64,000 bases of DNA, from NCBI GenBank assembly GCA_040954595.2, contig CM082587.2, positions 4,544,093 through 4,608,092 of the forward strand. The letters run 5' to 3'. Positions 63,357 to 64,000 of the stretch are shown here, piece by piece. This DNA is from Balanoglossus misakiensis. Its lineage: Eukaryota > Animalia > Hemichordata. Under the pieces are notes generated by a model. It was not told where the DNA came from. It saw only the letters and a list, made by a program, of their open reading frames with translations, and did no database searches. Numbering within the stretch: the first letter of the stretch is position 1; the number at the start of each line of letters is the position of its first letter. Position numbers and translations under genes: made by a program.

Positions 63357-63439
63357 CTCGTGGTTTTGTTTACATGTATGTGGGTTTGCGTTCAGAAAAT
63401 AAATTTGGGAATCCCTTTCAAAACAATGTATATTACAAG

Positions 63440-63480
63440 TCTTCGCTTCCGGGATTGACGTGCCGGAAATGCGGATAAAT
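63440..63480. promoter_or_regulatory. Putative proximal SRXN1 promoter (ETS and CRE-like sites)
   Basis: CTTCCGG, TGACGT and CCGGAAAT are clustered about 90-110 bp upstream of ATG 63356. Confidence 0.45.
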
Positions 63481-64000
63481 GTACAATTATTTATTTTTGA
63501 GGGGCTTGCAAATTTATTTTGGGACAGGTGGTAAATGGTTCATTAATTCGCGAAACAACCACAACATCTAACGAATATTACTATACTTTATAATTTAGTC
63601 TCGGGTCTGCGGAGAATTTGAGACCACCATTCAAAATTTCACTGGCCCACCCTCTAGTGTTGACCCCGTCGGTAAAATGGTATGTCTCCCAAATGCGCAC
63701 GCACGTCCTTGTAATCACAGGCTTCTCCTTCCGGTAAAATAGGATCTAGCATACGTCAGTAAACGTTATTTACAAATCGGCGGTATTTCAACTTAAATCG
63801 AACGGGTTTCCTACGTACCTGATCATTCACCAGCTATCACCATGACTACTGTGAGGGGACGGAGCTTCGCCTACGAATAGGAACCCACCCTTCGTCGGAG
63901 AGCGGACAGAACTTATCTGGACTGCGACTGCAGTGTACTCGTACTGTGAGAGAGTGATGTGTTTTGAGATGTAGATCAGGCATTTCGCCGATTACAGCGC

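Noticed and set aside
1-64000. CRISPR arrays, tRNA, rRNA, known miRNA hairpins, autonomous transposons or viral inserts
   Set aside because: None recognised by eye. Infernal/Rfam, tRNAscan-SE and RepeatMasker runs would be needed to exclude them formally.

Overview
Gene-dense, intron-rich, AT-rich eukaryotic DNA from a bilaterian animal, most likely an invertebrate deuterostome such as a hemichordate (inference from gene content and composition, not tested). No prokaryotic, CRISPR, tRNA or rRNA signal was seen. Nine spliced protein-coding genes were reconstructed by hand: ANAPC5 (-, 3' end runs off the window), RALGPS (-), BTBD8 (+), CDK9 (-), STEEP1/CXorf56 (+), CCDC180 (-), a BCL10-like CARD gene (-), a UDP-glycosyltransferase (+) and sulfiredoxin SRXN1 (-). 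Three pairs are head-to-head. The most notable observations are: (1) an in-frame mitochondrial-presequence-like extension on sulfiredoxin that can be bypassed by an alternative upstream exon; (2) an invertebrate BCL10 with two phase-compatible terminal exons; (3) several alternative N-terminal exons of RALGPS; (4) a splice choice that removes an SxIP motif from the BTBD8 tail; (5) small young MITEs with clear target-site duplications; (6) strong enrichment of TACATGTA. Exon coordinates were read by eye and may be off by a few bases.
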